From: a bacterium
Lineage (GTDB): Bacteria > UBA8248
Assembly (NCBI GenBank): GCA_965207065.1
Contig: OZ242260.1
Coordinates: 3,328,001 to 3,392,000, forward strand
DNA length: 64,000 nt
Direction of reading: 5' to 3'
Positions 36,902-45,885 of the stretch are shown here, piece by piece. Made by a program: the position numbers and the translations under genes. Position 1 is the stretch's first letter, and the number at the start of each line of letters is the position of its first letter. The notes under the pieces were generated by a model, which was not told the origin of the DNA, made no database searches, and saw nothing but the letters and a program-made list of their open reading frames with translations.

Positions 36902-38728
36902 ATGATGGCAGGGCGGCGGATACTGCGCGAAACCTTCGGGTTCAACGAGTTCCGGCCCGGCCAGGAGGCTGTGATCGGGGCGCTTTTGGCGGGGCGCAAC
37001 GCGCTTGTCGTCATGCCGACGGGTTCGGGCAAATCGCTGTGTTTCCAGATACCGGGACTGGTCGTGGACGGACTGACGGTGGTCGTTTCACCGCTGGTGG
37101 CGCTGATGCAGGACCAGATAGCGGCGCTGAGGCTCATGGGCGTCGCGGCGGAGAGCATCAACTCCGGCAACAGCCGGACGGAGAATGTGGCCGCCTGGAA
37201 GCGCGTGGCGGAGGGCCGGACGCGCTTTCTCTACATGGCCCCGGAACGGCTGATGACCGAGCGCATGCTGGCGGCCCTGAAACGGCTGCCGGTGAGGCAA
37301 TTCGCCATAGACGAGGCTCACTGCATCTCGCAATGGGGCCCGGCTTTCCGCCCGGAATACGCCGACCTTTGCCGGTTGCGGGAGCTTTTCCCCGGGATAC
37401 CGCTCGTTGCGCTGACGGCGACCGCCGACGAGGTGACCCGCGACGACATCGTCGAGCGATTGTTCGACGGTCGGGTCGAGCAGTTCGTGCTCGGCTTCGA
37501 CCGGCCCAATATCACGCTCATGGTGGAGATGAAGCGCAACTGGAAGCGGCAACTCCGGAGCTTCGTCGCGCGCCATGAGGGCCGAAGCGGAATCGTCTAC
37601 TGCCTCTCGCGCAAGAAGACGGAGGAGGCCGCCGCCATGCTGGCGGCGGATGGCGTGCGCGCGCTGCCCTATCATGCAGGTATGGAGGCCGGTGAGCGTG
37701 AAGCCCACCAGAACGTCTTCATGACCGATCCCGGCGTCGTGATCGTGGCGACCATCGCTTTCGGCATGGGGATCGACAAGGCGGATGTCCGGTATGTCTT
37801 CCACACGGATCTTCCGGGCAGCATGGAGGCCTACTACCAGGAGATCGGTCGGGCCGGGCGAGACGGCGACCCCGCCGAAGCTCACATGCTCTATGGGCTG
37901 GATGACATTCGGATGCGCCGCCGGTTCATCGAGGAGGAGGACGCGGGTCCGGAGCGCAGGCGCCGGGAGCACAAGCGGCTCGACGCGCTTCTCGGCTATT
38001 GCGAGGTGCCGGCCTGCAGGCGAGTGGCGCTGCTGCATTATTTCGGGGAACGGATCGAGCCTTGCGGTAACTGCGATGTCTGTCTCTCTCCGCCCGAGCT
38101 CATCGACGGGACGGAGGAAGCGTTGATGATACTCTCGGCGGCCAGGCGGTCGGGGGAACGCTTCGGCGCGGCGCATCTGATCGACATCCTGCGTGGGACA
38201 GAGAGCGAAAAGGTCACGCGCTTCGGGCATCATCGTCTGCCGGCTTTTGGAGTGGGGACGAATCGGGGCAAGAACGAGTGGCGCTCCTTGATTCGCCAAA
38301 TGGTCGCTGCGGGGTTTCTGCGGCTTGACATCGGTGGCTTCGGCGGGCTCGGGGTCACCGACAAGGGAGGCGCGCTGCTGCGCGGCGACGGAGCGTTCAT
38401 CTATCGCGAGGACGCGGCGGTTACGCGCAGCCCCGCGAAGACGCGAGGGCGGAGCGACGGGCGGGCGGAGCGGCCCCTGACCGGCAGGGAAACGATGCTG
38501 CTGGATGTTCTCAAGGCGTTGCGGCTGGAACTGGCGAGGGAGCGCGGGGTGCCCGCCTTTGTCGTGTTTCACGACCGCACGTTGATCGACATGGCGCGTC
38601 GCTGGCCGCGCACCGAGGCGGAGTTCGCCGAGGTCAGCGGTGTCGGGGAAGCGAAACTGAAGCAGTTCGCCGGGCCGTTCCTGGCCGCGATCGACGCTGC
38701 TGTGTCCGATACGGACAAGAGTGTTTGA
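36902..38728 (+). CDS. recQ: ATP-dependent DNA helicase RecQ (start uncertain; 36797 is an alternative)
   Basis: MPTGSGKSLCFQ, DEAHCISQWG, ATIAFGMGIDK, QEIGRAGRDG, Zn-binding CRR...CGNCDVC, RQC and HRDC domains. Confidence 0.95.
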   Translation: MMAGRRILRETFGFNEFRPGQEAVIGALLAGRNALVVMPTGSGKSLCFQIPGLVVDGLTVVVSPLVALMQDQIAALRLMGVAAESINSGNSRTENVAAWKRVAEGRTRFLYMAPERLMTERMLAALKRLPVRQFAIDEAHCISQWGPAFRPEYADLCRLRELFPGIPLVALTATADEVTRDDIVERLFDGRVEQFVLGFDRPNITLMVEMKRNWKRQLRSFVARHEGRSGIVYCLSRKKTEEAAAMLAADGVRALPYHAGMEAGEREAHQNVFMTDPGVVIVATIAFGMGIDKADVRYVFHTDLPGSMEAYYQEIGRAGRDGDPAEAHMLYGLDDIRMRRRFIEEEDAGPERRRREHKRLDALLGYCEVPACRRVALLHYFGERIEPCGNCDVCLSPPELIDGTEEALMILSAARRSGERFGAAHLIDILRGTESEKVTRFGHHRLPAFGVGTNRGKNEWRSLIRQMVAAGFLRLDIGGFGGLGVTDKGGALLRGDGAFIYREDAAVTRSPAKTRGRSDGRAERPLTGRETMLLDVLKALRLELARERGVPAFVVFHDRTLIDMARRWPRTEAEFAEVSGVGEAKLKQFAGPFLAAIDAAVSDTDKSV

Positions 38729-38821
38729 ACTTCCGGGATCGAAATTTTCAAGTGTGCAACAGATATTTCCACACCTGTCATGGAATCAAAAAACACTGCC
38801 CAAAGCTGAATCGAAGCCGAT

Positions 38822-38998
38822 GGGGGTTGTTGAAAAAGGCCTCGTTGGGGGTGTGATGGTTTTGTAGGGGCCGCATATTATGCGGCCCGTGTGCCCCTAA
38901 CGGGGAGGGTCGCATAATATGTCGGACATATATGTCCGACATACAACTTCACATCCGTCGAACCGAACCGCAGAGTCGGGACTTTTTCAACAACCCCG
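38822..38998. mobile_element. MITE-like element with IS-type ends enclosing REP palindromes
   Basis: GGGGTTGTTGAAAAAG ... CTTTTTCAACAACCCC 16-bp inverted repeat, with palindromes inside at 38864-38888 and 38921-38944. Confidence 0.6.
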
Positions 38999-39109
38999 AG
39001 GAACGAGCGTTTGCATAAGCCATTGACGAGAAACGCATCGGCTCGCAAAACCTCCCTCTTCGGTCGGTTTTGACCCTGACAAGGGGGGGGGGTAGGGGGG
39101 GTTGGTTTT
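38978..39109 (+). repeat. ~130-bp direct repeat, copy 1
   Basis: Near-identical to 41620-41749 (GAGGAACGAGCGTTTGCATAAGCCATTGACG...TTTTGACCCTGACAAGGGGG). Confidence 0.92.
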
Positions 39110-39338
39110 CCAGTTGGGAGGGGCGTTCCCTCTAGCCCCTGAAAAGAGGTCTTTTTCAACACCCCTCCTGATGGGACGGTCTGTGTTCGTTGCCAGTCGG
39201 AGCCGATTGGGTTCGCAGGTGCGCCGGAATGGCGGGTTGATTTCTACCCGTAGTGTCAGCACCTCCTCGGGACTATCACACAAACCCCCGCGCCCCTCCT
39301 CACGCGGGACGACCACGGGGGGGCTGCCAGGTTCGTTC

Positions 39339-41195
39339 TCAACCCCCGCCGTTGCTTGCCAGCGCTTCGGCCACGTCGTCGAGCTTGAGCCTCCCGAGCG
39401 TCGCCGCCGTCGGGAACCCGTTCTCATCCCAGCCTCTGATGCCATAAAACTCGTTTTTCATGCCCTCCAGTTCATCGGGCGGGCAGTGCATCCCCTTGTG
39501 GGGGCCGTCGGGAATCGGCTCGTGCATCACCTTGTACGGCAGCATGTCGTCCGCGCGGCTCACCCCTTCGCGCACGTGCAGGGCGCGCTCCAGGTTGCAG
39601 ATGCGCTCGCCGGTTTCTTCCAGCTCATCCGCCGTCGTATCCCACCCCGTCACGAGGTTGAGCATTTCCGCGTATTTCTCGTTTATCATCGCCCCGTAGC
39701 CACGCTCCGCCGTGAAGCGGCACTGGGTGATGGAGTCGCCGAGTGCGGTGAAGTTCTGCGTGCGCACGGCGAACTCGGGCTTGCCGTCGGTCGAGGTGTT
39801 GTCGTGGTCCGAGGCGTATTGCAGGGTGGGGCGGGTGTCGTGGTGGCTCCCGCCCCGCGTGCCCGTGGCGTAGCCGATGGACATGCCCTTGAGCGCGCGC
39901 GCGCTGTGCGCCGGAAGCTCGAGCCCGCGCGAGGCATACAGCAGATTCGGCGCGTCGCCGCCGATTTCCGCGGCCAGGCGCTTGCCGCCCTCCGCCAGCC
40001 TGTCGCCGAAGCCCTTGCGGTGGGTCATGTCCTCGAGGAGCCTGAGCATGGTGGCCGAATCGCCCCAGTTGAGCGGCTCGCCGACTTCCGCCTCGCTCAA
40101 TAGTCCTTTCTCCATGCTCTCGAAAGCGAGCGAGAGCGTGACGCCTGCGGATATCGTATCCAGCCCCAGTTCGTCACACAGCATGTTCGCCTGGAGCATC
40201 ACCCCCGGGTCGCCGATGCCCAGCATGGTCCCCAGCGCGAAGATGGTCTCGTACTCGGGGAGTTTCCAGACCAGGCCGTCGAACTCGCCGCCCTTCATCA
40301 GGTAATTCTTGCCGCACGCCACCGGGCATTTGAGGCAAGTGGTGTGCTTGTCGAGGAAATTGTCGTGCATGTATTCGCCGCTGATGGGTTCGCAGTTCTC
40401 GAAAATCTCGCTCATGAGGTTCCGCGTGCCGAGCGCGCCCATCTTGTTGATCATGTTGACGAGGATCGGCGTGCCGTATTTGTGGAGCGCCGCCGTGCCC
40501 GTCCGCACGTCCTCGGCCGTCTCGTTCACGTAGGTCCTGAGCGCCTTGGCGTCCGCCCAGGCGGTTTTCGCCTTGCCGCGGGCGGCGATGGCCTTGACGT
40601 TCTTGCTGCCCAGGACGGCCGCCATACCCCCACGTCCGCTGATGCCGTCGCGGCTCTTGCGCCAGGTGTGCGCCATGGCCGCGAAGCGCACCTGGTTCTC
40701 GCCGGCGGGGCCGATGGCCAGAACGTCGGTGCCGCCCTCGTCCTCGGTGATGGTGTCGCACGTCTCGCGGATCCATTTCCCCTTCAAATGGCTAGCGTCC
40801 TTGAACGCCACGCCGTCTTCCGTCAGCATCAGGTAGACGAGGGAATCCGCCTTTCCGTGCAGGACGACGGCGTCGACCCCTGTGCGCTTGAGCGTGATGG
40901 GCCAGGCTCCGCCGAACGTGGAGTCGAAGAAAAGCCCGGTGAGCGGGCTGATGGCGGCGGCGCACGCGCGGCTCGCGCTCGGCACGGCGGAATCCGTATA
41001 GGGACCCACGGCGAAGACGATGACGTTTTCAGGCGATAGCGCGTCGGTGCCGGGCTTCAGGTGGTCCCAGAGGATTTTGGCGCAGAAGCCGTTGCCGCCC
41101 AGGTACTTGCGGCCCATCTCCTCACCGAATTCCTCGGTGCGGGAGGTGCGGTTGCTGAGGTCGATGTGCAGTATTTTTCCTTGATATCCGAGCAT
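39339..41195 (-). CDS. Aldehyde:ferredoxin oxidoreductase family (tungstopterin AOR/WOR)
   Basis: GYQGKILHIDLS, SPLTG, IGPAGEN, GRGGMAAVLGSKNVKAI, CLKCPVAC, EYET, DELGLDTIS, YGIRGWD. Confidence 0.93.
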   Translation of the reverse strand: MLGYQGKILHIDLSNRTSRTEEFGEEMGRKYLGGNGFCAKILWDHLKPGTDALSPENVIVFAVGPYTDSAVPSASRACAAAISPLTGLFFDSTFGGAWPITLKRTGVDAVVLHGKADSLVYLMLTEDGVAFKDASHLKGKWIRETCDTITEDEGGTDVLAIGPAGENQVRFAAMAHTWRKSRDGISGRGGMAAVLGSKNVKAIAARGKAKTAWADAKALRTYVNETAEDVRTGTAALHKYGTPILVNMINKMGALGTRNLMSEIFENCEPISGEYMHDNFLDKHTTCLKCPVACGKNYLMKGGEFDGLVWKLPEYETIFALGTMLGIGDPGVMLQANMLCDELGLDTISAGVTLSLAFESMEKGLLSEAEVGEPLNWGDSATMLRLLEDMTHRKGFGDRLAEGGKRLAAEIGGDAPNLLYASRGLELPAHSARALKGMSIGYATGTRGGSHHDTRPTLQYASDHDNTSTDGKPEFAVRTQNFTALGDSITQCRFTAERGYGAMINEKYAEMLNLVTGWDTTADELEETGERICNLERALHVREGVSRADDMLPYKVMHEPIPDGPHKGMHCPPDELEGMKNEFYGIRGWDENGFPTAATLGRLKLDDVAEALASNGGG

Positions 41196-41434
41196 TTGCG
41201 GTCCCCACGCGAACGAATGAGCGAAATCTGATTCTGTTGGAAGCCCTAGTGTAAACATTTAGGCGTTTTGTGCAAGACCGGACCCGACGGAGGAGGGGTC
41301 GTTGAAAAACCGTTGCTAAACGAGTAACCCCCCAACCCCCCTTGTCAGGGGTCAAACGCGAGTGAGGAGGGGCTGTTGAAAAATCCCTTATGGATCGCGC
41401 CAAAACATTCTCCCCTTGTAGAACCCCCAACAAC

Positions 41435-41597
41435 CACTCCCCCCTTGAGGGGGAGTCGAAGAGGCCGAGCGGTTTATGCGAAGGCCGATTCGGTGGGGGG
41501 TGAATCGCGTTTTATCGCCACTCCGAGTTATACCCCCCACCAGTTCACTTTCGGGCTTACGCCCTCAGTTCACTGACTCCCCCTCAAGGGGGGAGTG
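41435..41597. mobile_element. MITE-like element with palindromic 23-bp terminal inverted repeats
   Basis: CACTCCCCCCTTGAGGGGGAGTC ... GACTCCCCCTCAAGGGGGGAGTG, plus an internal GGTGGGGGGT / ACCCCCCACC pair. Confidence 0.75.
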
Positions 41598-41619
41598 AAA
41601 TTCAGCGCGCTCCCTCTGT

Positions 41620-41749
41620 GGGACTTTTTCAACAGACCCGAGGAACGAGCGTTTGCATAAGCCATTGACGAAAAACGCATCGGCTCGCAAAACCTCCCTC
41701 TTCGGTTGGTTTTGACCCTGACAAGGGGGGGGTAGGGGGTGTTGGTTTT
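41620..41749 (+). repeat. ~130-bp direct repeat, copy 2
   Basis: Matches 38978-39109. Confidence 0.92.
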
Positions 41750-41925
41750 GTAGGGACAGGCCCCCGCGCCTGTCCGAGGCCCCCGTGCCTGTCCGGCAAA
41801 GGGGGCGGGCACAGGGACCCGCCCCTACGGGTCTTTCCGTTTCTCCGTCGGGACAGGTCGTGACCTGTCCCTGCAAATGAAATGACAATCAAGACGGTTT
41901 GCCGTCATTCCGGCGAAAGCCGGGC
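41750..41925. repeat. Cluster of GTAG-type REPs plus one CGTC-type REP
   Basis: GTAGGGACAGGCCCCCGCGCCTGTCC, GGGCGGGCACAGGGACCCGCCCCTAC, GGGACAGGTCGTGACCTGTCCC, CGTCATTCCGGCGAAAGCCGGG. Confidence 0.8.
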
Positions 41926-42000
41926 TGGTATGGGCAGGGACGACCACGAGGAGGGTCTCGTACCCCTGCGCTTCATTTCCCACGGGTTGAACGTAGGCCC

Positions 42001-42711
42001 CTACCCCGGAACCTCCATGCGCCGGTAGGACTCGGCGCAATCGAGGCCGCCCTCCTCGCCGGAGCGCTTCGCCCAGTTGCGAAGATGGGGAACCAGTTCT
42101 TCAAAATCCTCGACTTGGCTCTTGTGGCATCTGAGCGCTTTAACTTTGAGGTCGAACGTATCGGTGATGTCCACCCAGGTATCCGCGCCGCGAATCGTCT
42201 TGAAATAGACTTCCTTGGGCGTGTGCGGCTCCAGTCCTTCCGCAAGCAGTTCCGGAAAATAGTTCTCGTTCCCCACGGCGGGATAGAGCGCATCGAAAAC
42301 CGCCCTGGCGATGGCGCGGTGATCGCGGTGGTAGCCGTAGAAACTGTCGAAGGCGTCGTTCGCCGGGTCGTCGGCGATCACCAGGTCCGGCTTGCATTCT
42401 CTCATCACGTGCACGAGGTCGCGCCCGAGTTCCGTGGTGTTGCGTACTTCCCCGTCCGCGTGGCGCAGGAAATAAATTTGCTCCACGCCCACGACGGCCG
42501 CCGCCGCGCGCTGTTCGCTCTCGCGAATCGCTCTTTTATCGTCAATGGTCAACCGGCGCGATTCGGGGCCGTTCACGCCCTTGTCCCCGCTCGTGGCGAG
42601 GCAATACTCGACCCGCCTGCCTTCGCGGGTCCACTTGGCGGCCGAGCCTGCACAGCGGAACTCGATATCGTCGGGGTGCGCGCAGATGATGAGGATTTTC
42701 TGATGTTCCAT
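42001..42711 (-). CDS. PIG-L/LmbE family deacetylase
   Basis: AHPDDIE, TSGDKG, RESEQRAAA, HRDH, KALRCHKSQ. Confidence 0.92.
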   Translation of the reverse strand: MEHQKILIICAHPDDIEFRCAGSAAKWTREGRRVEYCLATSGDKGVNGPESRRLTIDDKRAIRESEQRAAAAVVGVEQIYFLRHADGEVRNTTELGRDLVHVMRECKPDLVIADDPANDAFDSFYGYHRDHRAIARAVFDALYPAVGNENYFPELLAEGLEPHTPKEVYFKTIRGADTWVDITDTFDLKVKALRCHKSQVEDFEELVPHLRNWAKRSGEEGGLDCAESYRRMEVPG

Positions 42712-42805
42712 CGGGGATTCCTTATGTGGGCCGTGCGGCAAGGCGACTTATAGCAGGGGGCGAAGCGCATCGCAAAGAGGTAAGGAGTAACCCGCCGCTC
42801 CGCCT

Positions 42806-42937
42806 TACCCTGAGTAGCGGCGAAGCCGCGTATCGAAGGGTGAAACTCGCGCCCGCCGGGGTCAGTTCCGACCGTGTAGGGAGGAACTGCCTGCCATCCT
42901 TCGATACGGCGCTTACGCGCCTACCCAGGATGAGGCG
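42806..42937. repeat. Inverted pair of palindromic REP-like units
   Basis: ACCCTGAGTAGCGGCGAAGCCGCGTATCGAAGG ... CCTTCGATACGGCGCTTACGCGCCTACCCAGGATG. Confidence 0.7.
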
Positions 42938-43032
42938 TCAGGGTTCTGTTGGTCGCTACCCCGAAAATCTGCTAAATATAACGAAAAACACCTGTGCGAG
43001 ATTTGTTGCGAACCCTATATGAGGAGACAGAG

Positions 43033-43623
43033 ATGTCGAGAATCACGCCGGTGCCCGATGACGCCACGGGCGATCATGAACCGCTCTTTGAACAATCGAG
43101 GGAAAGATGGGGCACGGTGCCCAGCTTCTACCGCGCCCTGGCCCATTCGCCGGAAGCATTGCGCCACATCATGAGCCTGACGGTAGCCCTGAGAAGCCAG
43201 TGGCGGGCCGATCCGTCGAGAATGCGCCTGATGCAGCTTGCGATCCTGACGCCTTCTCTCATCAACGACTGCGAGATATGAACGAACCACAACGTCAAGC
43301 TTGGTCAAGCTGCCGGTCTGAATGATGAGCATGTAGCGTTGATAGTCGATGGATGGGAAAAGAGTGACCTGTTCGATGAGCGGGAAAAGGCGGTAATCCG
43401 CTGGGCGACCGCATTGACGAGAAACACGGCCGCCGCCGATGATGCCTGTTTCGCGCCGCTCAAGGAGTTTTTCAGCGAAAAGGACATCGTGGAACTCACG
43501 TTGTTCACCTGCCTGTTCAACGCCTGGAACCGTCTGCAGGACGGCCTCCACAACCCCGTGGAGCCGCCGGACGACATCATCGGCTGGAAGGAATGGGAGG
43601 AAGTCGTGCAGGTGTCGGGTTAG
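43033..43623 (+). CDS. AhpD/CMD-like peroxidase-related protein with in-frame TGA (probable selenocysteine, CxxU), 196 aa
   Basis: Track ORFs 42994-43281 and 43339-43623 share a frame. Read-through gives SLINDCEI-U-TNHNVKLGQAAGL...FDEREKAVIRWA...IVELT...NAWNR. GAGGAG RBS before the ATG at 43033. Confidence 0.85.
43282..43318 (+). promoter_or_regulatory. Candidate bacterial SECIS element
   Basis: Hairpin AGCTT-GGTC-AAGCT with the apical loop starting 21 nt after the TGA and G in the first loop positions. Confidence 0.6.
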
Positions 43624-43661
43624 GTGGGGGTGAGGAGCAACGGTTTCGTATGAGCGCTCCT

Positions 43662-43869
43662 GTAGGGGCGACCCCCCGTGGTCGCCCATTGTCGGACAGG
43701 CACAGGGGCCTGTCCCTACCGGAGATAGGAAATTGCTGTTGTAGGGGCCGCATATATGCGGCCCGCGCAGACGAGAAAAATCCATGCGTGTCGACAATTC
43801 CCAGATTACTGTCCGTCCTGGTGCAAGCGGCGGGGATTCACCCGTGGGTCGCATATATGCGACCCCTAC
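43662..43869. repeat. Two REP doublets (GTAG-type)
   Basis: Pairs 43662-43687 / 43694-43719 and 43741-43764 / 43846-43869, each bounded by GTAG...CTAC. Confidence 0.85.
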
Positions 43870-43893
43870 AAGTTTCTCCATGAGAGGAAAACC

Positions 43894-44688
43894 GTGGACT
43901 TAGGCATTAAAGGAAAATCGGCCCTCGTGACGGGCGGCAGCCGGGGCATCGGCCGCGAGACGGCGAGGCGCTTTCTCGAAGAGGGTGCGCGCGTGTTCAC
44001 CTGCGCGAGAAACGAAGTGGCTCTTGCCGAGACCTGCGCCGGGCTCGCCGCTGAGACGGGAGGTGAAATCCATTACGCCGTGGCGGATACCTCGAACGAG
44101 ACGGAACTCGCGCCCCTGGTCGAGCGCGCGCAGGAAAAACTCGGTTTCATCGACATTCTGGTGAACAATGCGGGCACCATGAGTTCGGGCAGGTTCGAGG
44201 CGCTCGATGACGCCGCTTTGCAGAAGCAGCTCGACACCAAGCTGTTCGGCTTCCTGCGCCTCATTCGCCTCGTGGAGCCGGGTATGCGCGCGAATGGATG
44301 GGGCCGCATCGTGAACATGATCGGCGGCGCCGGGAAGGAACCCGACCCCTACATGTTCGGCAGCGGCATGACGAACAGCGCGCTCCTGAACATGACGAAA
44401 TCGCTTTCCACCGAATTCGGAGAGGCCGGGATACATGTGAACGCGGTATGTCCCGGCTGGGTGGATACCGCGCTATGGCGGATGAACGCCCAGGGGCTTG
44501 CGGCGGAGCTCGATGCCGGTTCCGAAGATGAGGCCCGCCGCCGCGCGGCGCGAAAGAACGCGCTGGGCCGTTTCGGCAAGCCCGAGGAGTTGGCCGACGC
44601 CATCGTCTTTCTCTGCTCGGAACGTGCGAGCTACATCACCGGAATTTCCTTGAATCTTGACGGCGGCAGGCTCAAGTCGCTCTGGTAA
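43894..44688 (+). CDS. SDR family oxidoreductase
   Basis: DLGIKGKSALVTGGSRGIG, NNAG, VNAVCPG, GRFGKPEELA; GTG start after GAGAGG. Confidence 0.92.
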   Translation: MDLGIKGKSALVTGGSRGIGRETARRFLEEGARVFTCARNEVALAETCAGLAAETGGEIHYAVADTSNETELAPLVERAQEKLGFIDILVNNAGTMSSGRFEALDDAALQKQLDTKLFGFLRLIRLVEPGMRANGWGRIVNMIGGAGKEPDPYMFGSGMTNSALLNMTKSLSTEFGEAGIHVNAVCPGWVDTALWRMNAQGLAAELDAGSEDEARRRAARKNALGRFGKPEELADAIVFLCSERASYITGISLNLDGGRLKSLW

Positions 44689-44736
44689 GTCAGTCGCGAC
44701 CGGAGTGGAAGCGATTGCTCCGCTTGGGATTTTGCC

Positions 44737-44764
44737 CGTCATTCCGGCGAATGCCGGACTCCAG
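44737..44764 (+). repeat. CGTC-type REP
   Basis: CGTCATTCCGGCGAATGCCGGACTCCAG, near-identical to the copy at ~41903. Confidence 0.7.
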
Positions 44765-45026
44765 CGGCTTTGCCCTTGTTTTTTCAATACTGTCCAGGGT
44801 GTATCGGTTGTTCGGGGTTGACGTGTTTGCCGGCAGATGAGTCAACCCTTCCATGAGTCATTCTGCGTCGTCGCCTGGTTCATTCCCGGGGTCCTGATTT
44901 GAGATTTCAGAGGAGCAGATCGTGCGTCTGGAGCTTGAGAGCGTCCGGTTTCAGGAACGGATTTTGTAGTGGGAGTGTCGTCTTGGTCTGGACGGCGCCT
45001 GCCGCGGTCATCCGACGATAAAAATA

Positions 45027-45086
45027 TTGACTTAAGAAGAATAGGTGGTCTATATTTCCTCTTGTTCTGGTATATTCTGGTATAAT
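45027..45086 (+). promoter_or_regulatory. Candidate sigma70 promoter(s) for the secreted Ig-like gene
   Basis: TTGACT-N18-TATATT, and an extended -10 TGgTATAAT at 45078-45086. Confidence 0.5.
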
Positions 45087-45121
45087 TATCAGATATAGCC
45101 CGAATCGGGGAGGAGAACATC

Positions 45122-45517
45122 ATGAAGTTCATCGCCAGTGCCGCAATCATCGCGCTTACGATGTTCGCAGGCGCCGAACTGAGTTGGGCGGAGGAATCGA
45201 CGGACAATAAAGCACCGGTCGTTAACGGCCATATTCCCGGTTACTCTTTTAAGCTGGGGGGCATTTCGATGTCGGTTGACCTGGGGATCTACTTCAGCGA
45301 TCCGGACGATGATGACCTGAGCTATACGGTCACCTCGCTCGACACCAGCATAATTACGGCCAGCTTGTACGGAGACACCGTCGATCTCTCGCCGGTTGGA
45401 CTGGGCCCGACGAACGTGGAGGTGACTGCCGAGGACCCGGGTGGCCTGAGCGTGACAGATTACATCTCGATTCACGTGTCTCCCGGCGAGCCCACCGTCA
45501 TCGGCATCAGCCAATAA
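45122..45517 (+). CDS. Secreted protein with one Ig/cadherin-like domain
   Basis: Signal peptide; NKAPVV...VDL..YFSDPDDDDLSYTVTS...VTAEDPGGLS; strong GGAGGAG RBS. Confidence 0.75.
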   Translation: MKFIASAAIIALTMFAGAELSWAEESTDNKAPVVNGHIPGYSFKLGGISMSVDLGIYFSDPDDDDLSYTVTSLDTSIITASLYGDTVDLSPVGLGPTNVEVTAEDPGGLSVTDYISIHVSPGEPTVIGISQ

Positions 45518-45737
45518 GGGTCCGGGCCGCGGTCATGGCCCGGAGGCGATGGAGAGCGCACCTTACACCGCCGCATGATCGGCGTTCCGCACAACATCCT
45601 GGGCAGTTACGACTTTCTTTCTTTCCGTGTAATCGCTTTTCGAAGTCGCCCCACAGTGTTGTCATTTTCATCGGTTCTGGCCAACCTGTCGATTGTCACC
45701 GGCATTCGCCGGAATGACGAACAAAACCGCGAGTACT

Positions 45738-45813
45738 GTAGGGACAGGCCTCCGTGCCTGTCCTATATAGGGGTGTATATGACCGAAGGGCGGCCACGGG
45801 GGGCCGCCCCTGC
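45738..45813. repeat. GTAG-type REP doublet
   Basis: GTAGGGACAGGCCTCCGTGCCTGTCC ... GGGCGGCCACGGGGGGCCGCCCCTGC; same arms as 56227-56316, inverted. Confidence 0.85.
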
Positions 45814-45885
45814 GCAAGACGCAATGGTTCTGTAGTGACAGGCCCTCCTCGGGGCTGTCACGATTCCCCGCTCAAATACCAGGAA

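Noticed and set aside
34652-38572. Long antisense ORFs (34652-35941, 37088-38572; also 1760-2905, 48583-49971, 58290-59435, 61674-62549)
   Set aside because: These are shadow or alternate-frame ORFs over well-supported genes in GC-rich DNA, with no recognisable motifs.
38878-39162. Similar short ORFs in repeat regions (38878-39162, 41565-41888, 41629-41892, 56030-56386)
   Set aside because: Their shared peptides simply reflect translation of the same non-coding repeats.
43339-43623. Track ORFs 42994-43281 and 43339-43623 as two genes or a pseudogene
   Set aside because: Each is half of one AhpD/CMD fold, and the only interruption is a TGA at a catalytic Cys position, so they were merged as one CDS.
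38800-45820. Possible CRISPR array among the clustered repeats
   Set aside because: The units are palindromic, variable, in both orientations and irregularly spaced, with no constant repeat-spacer period and no cas genes.
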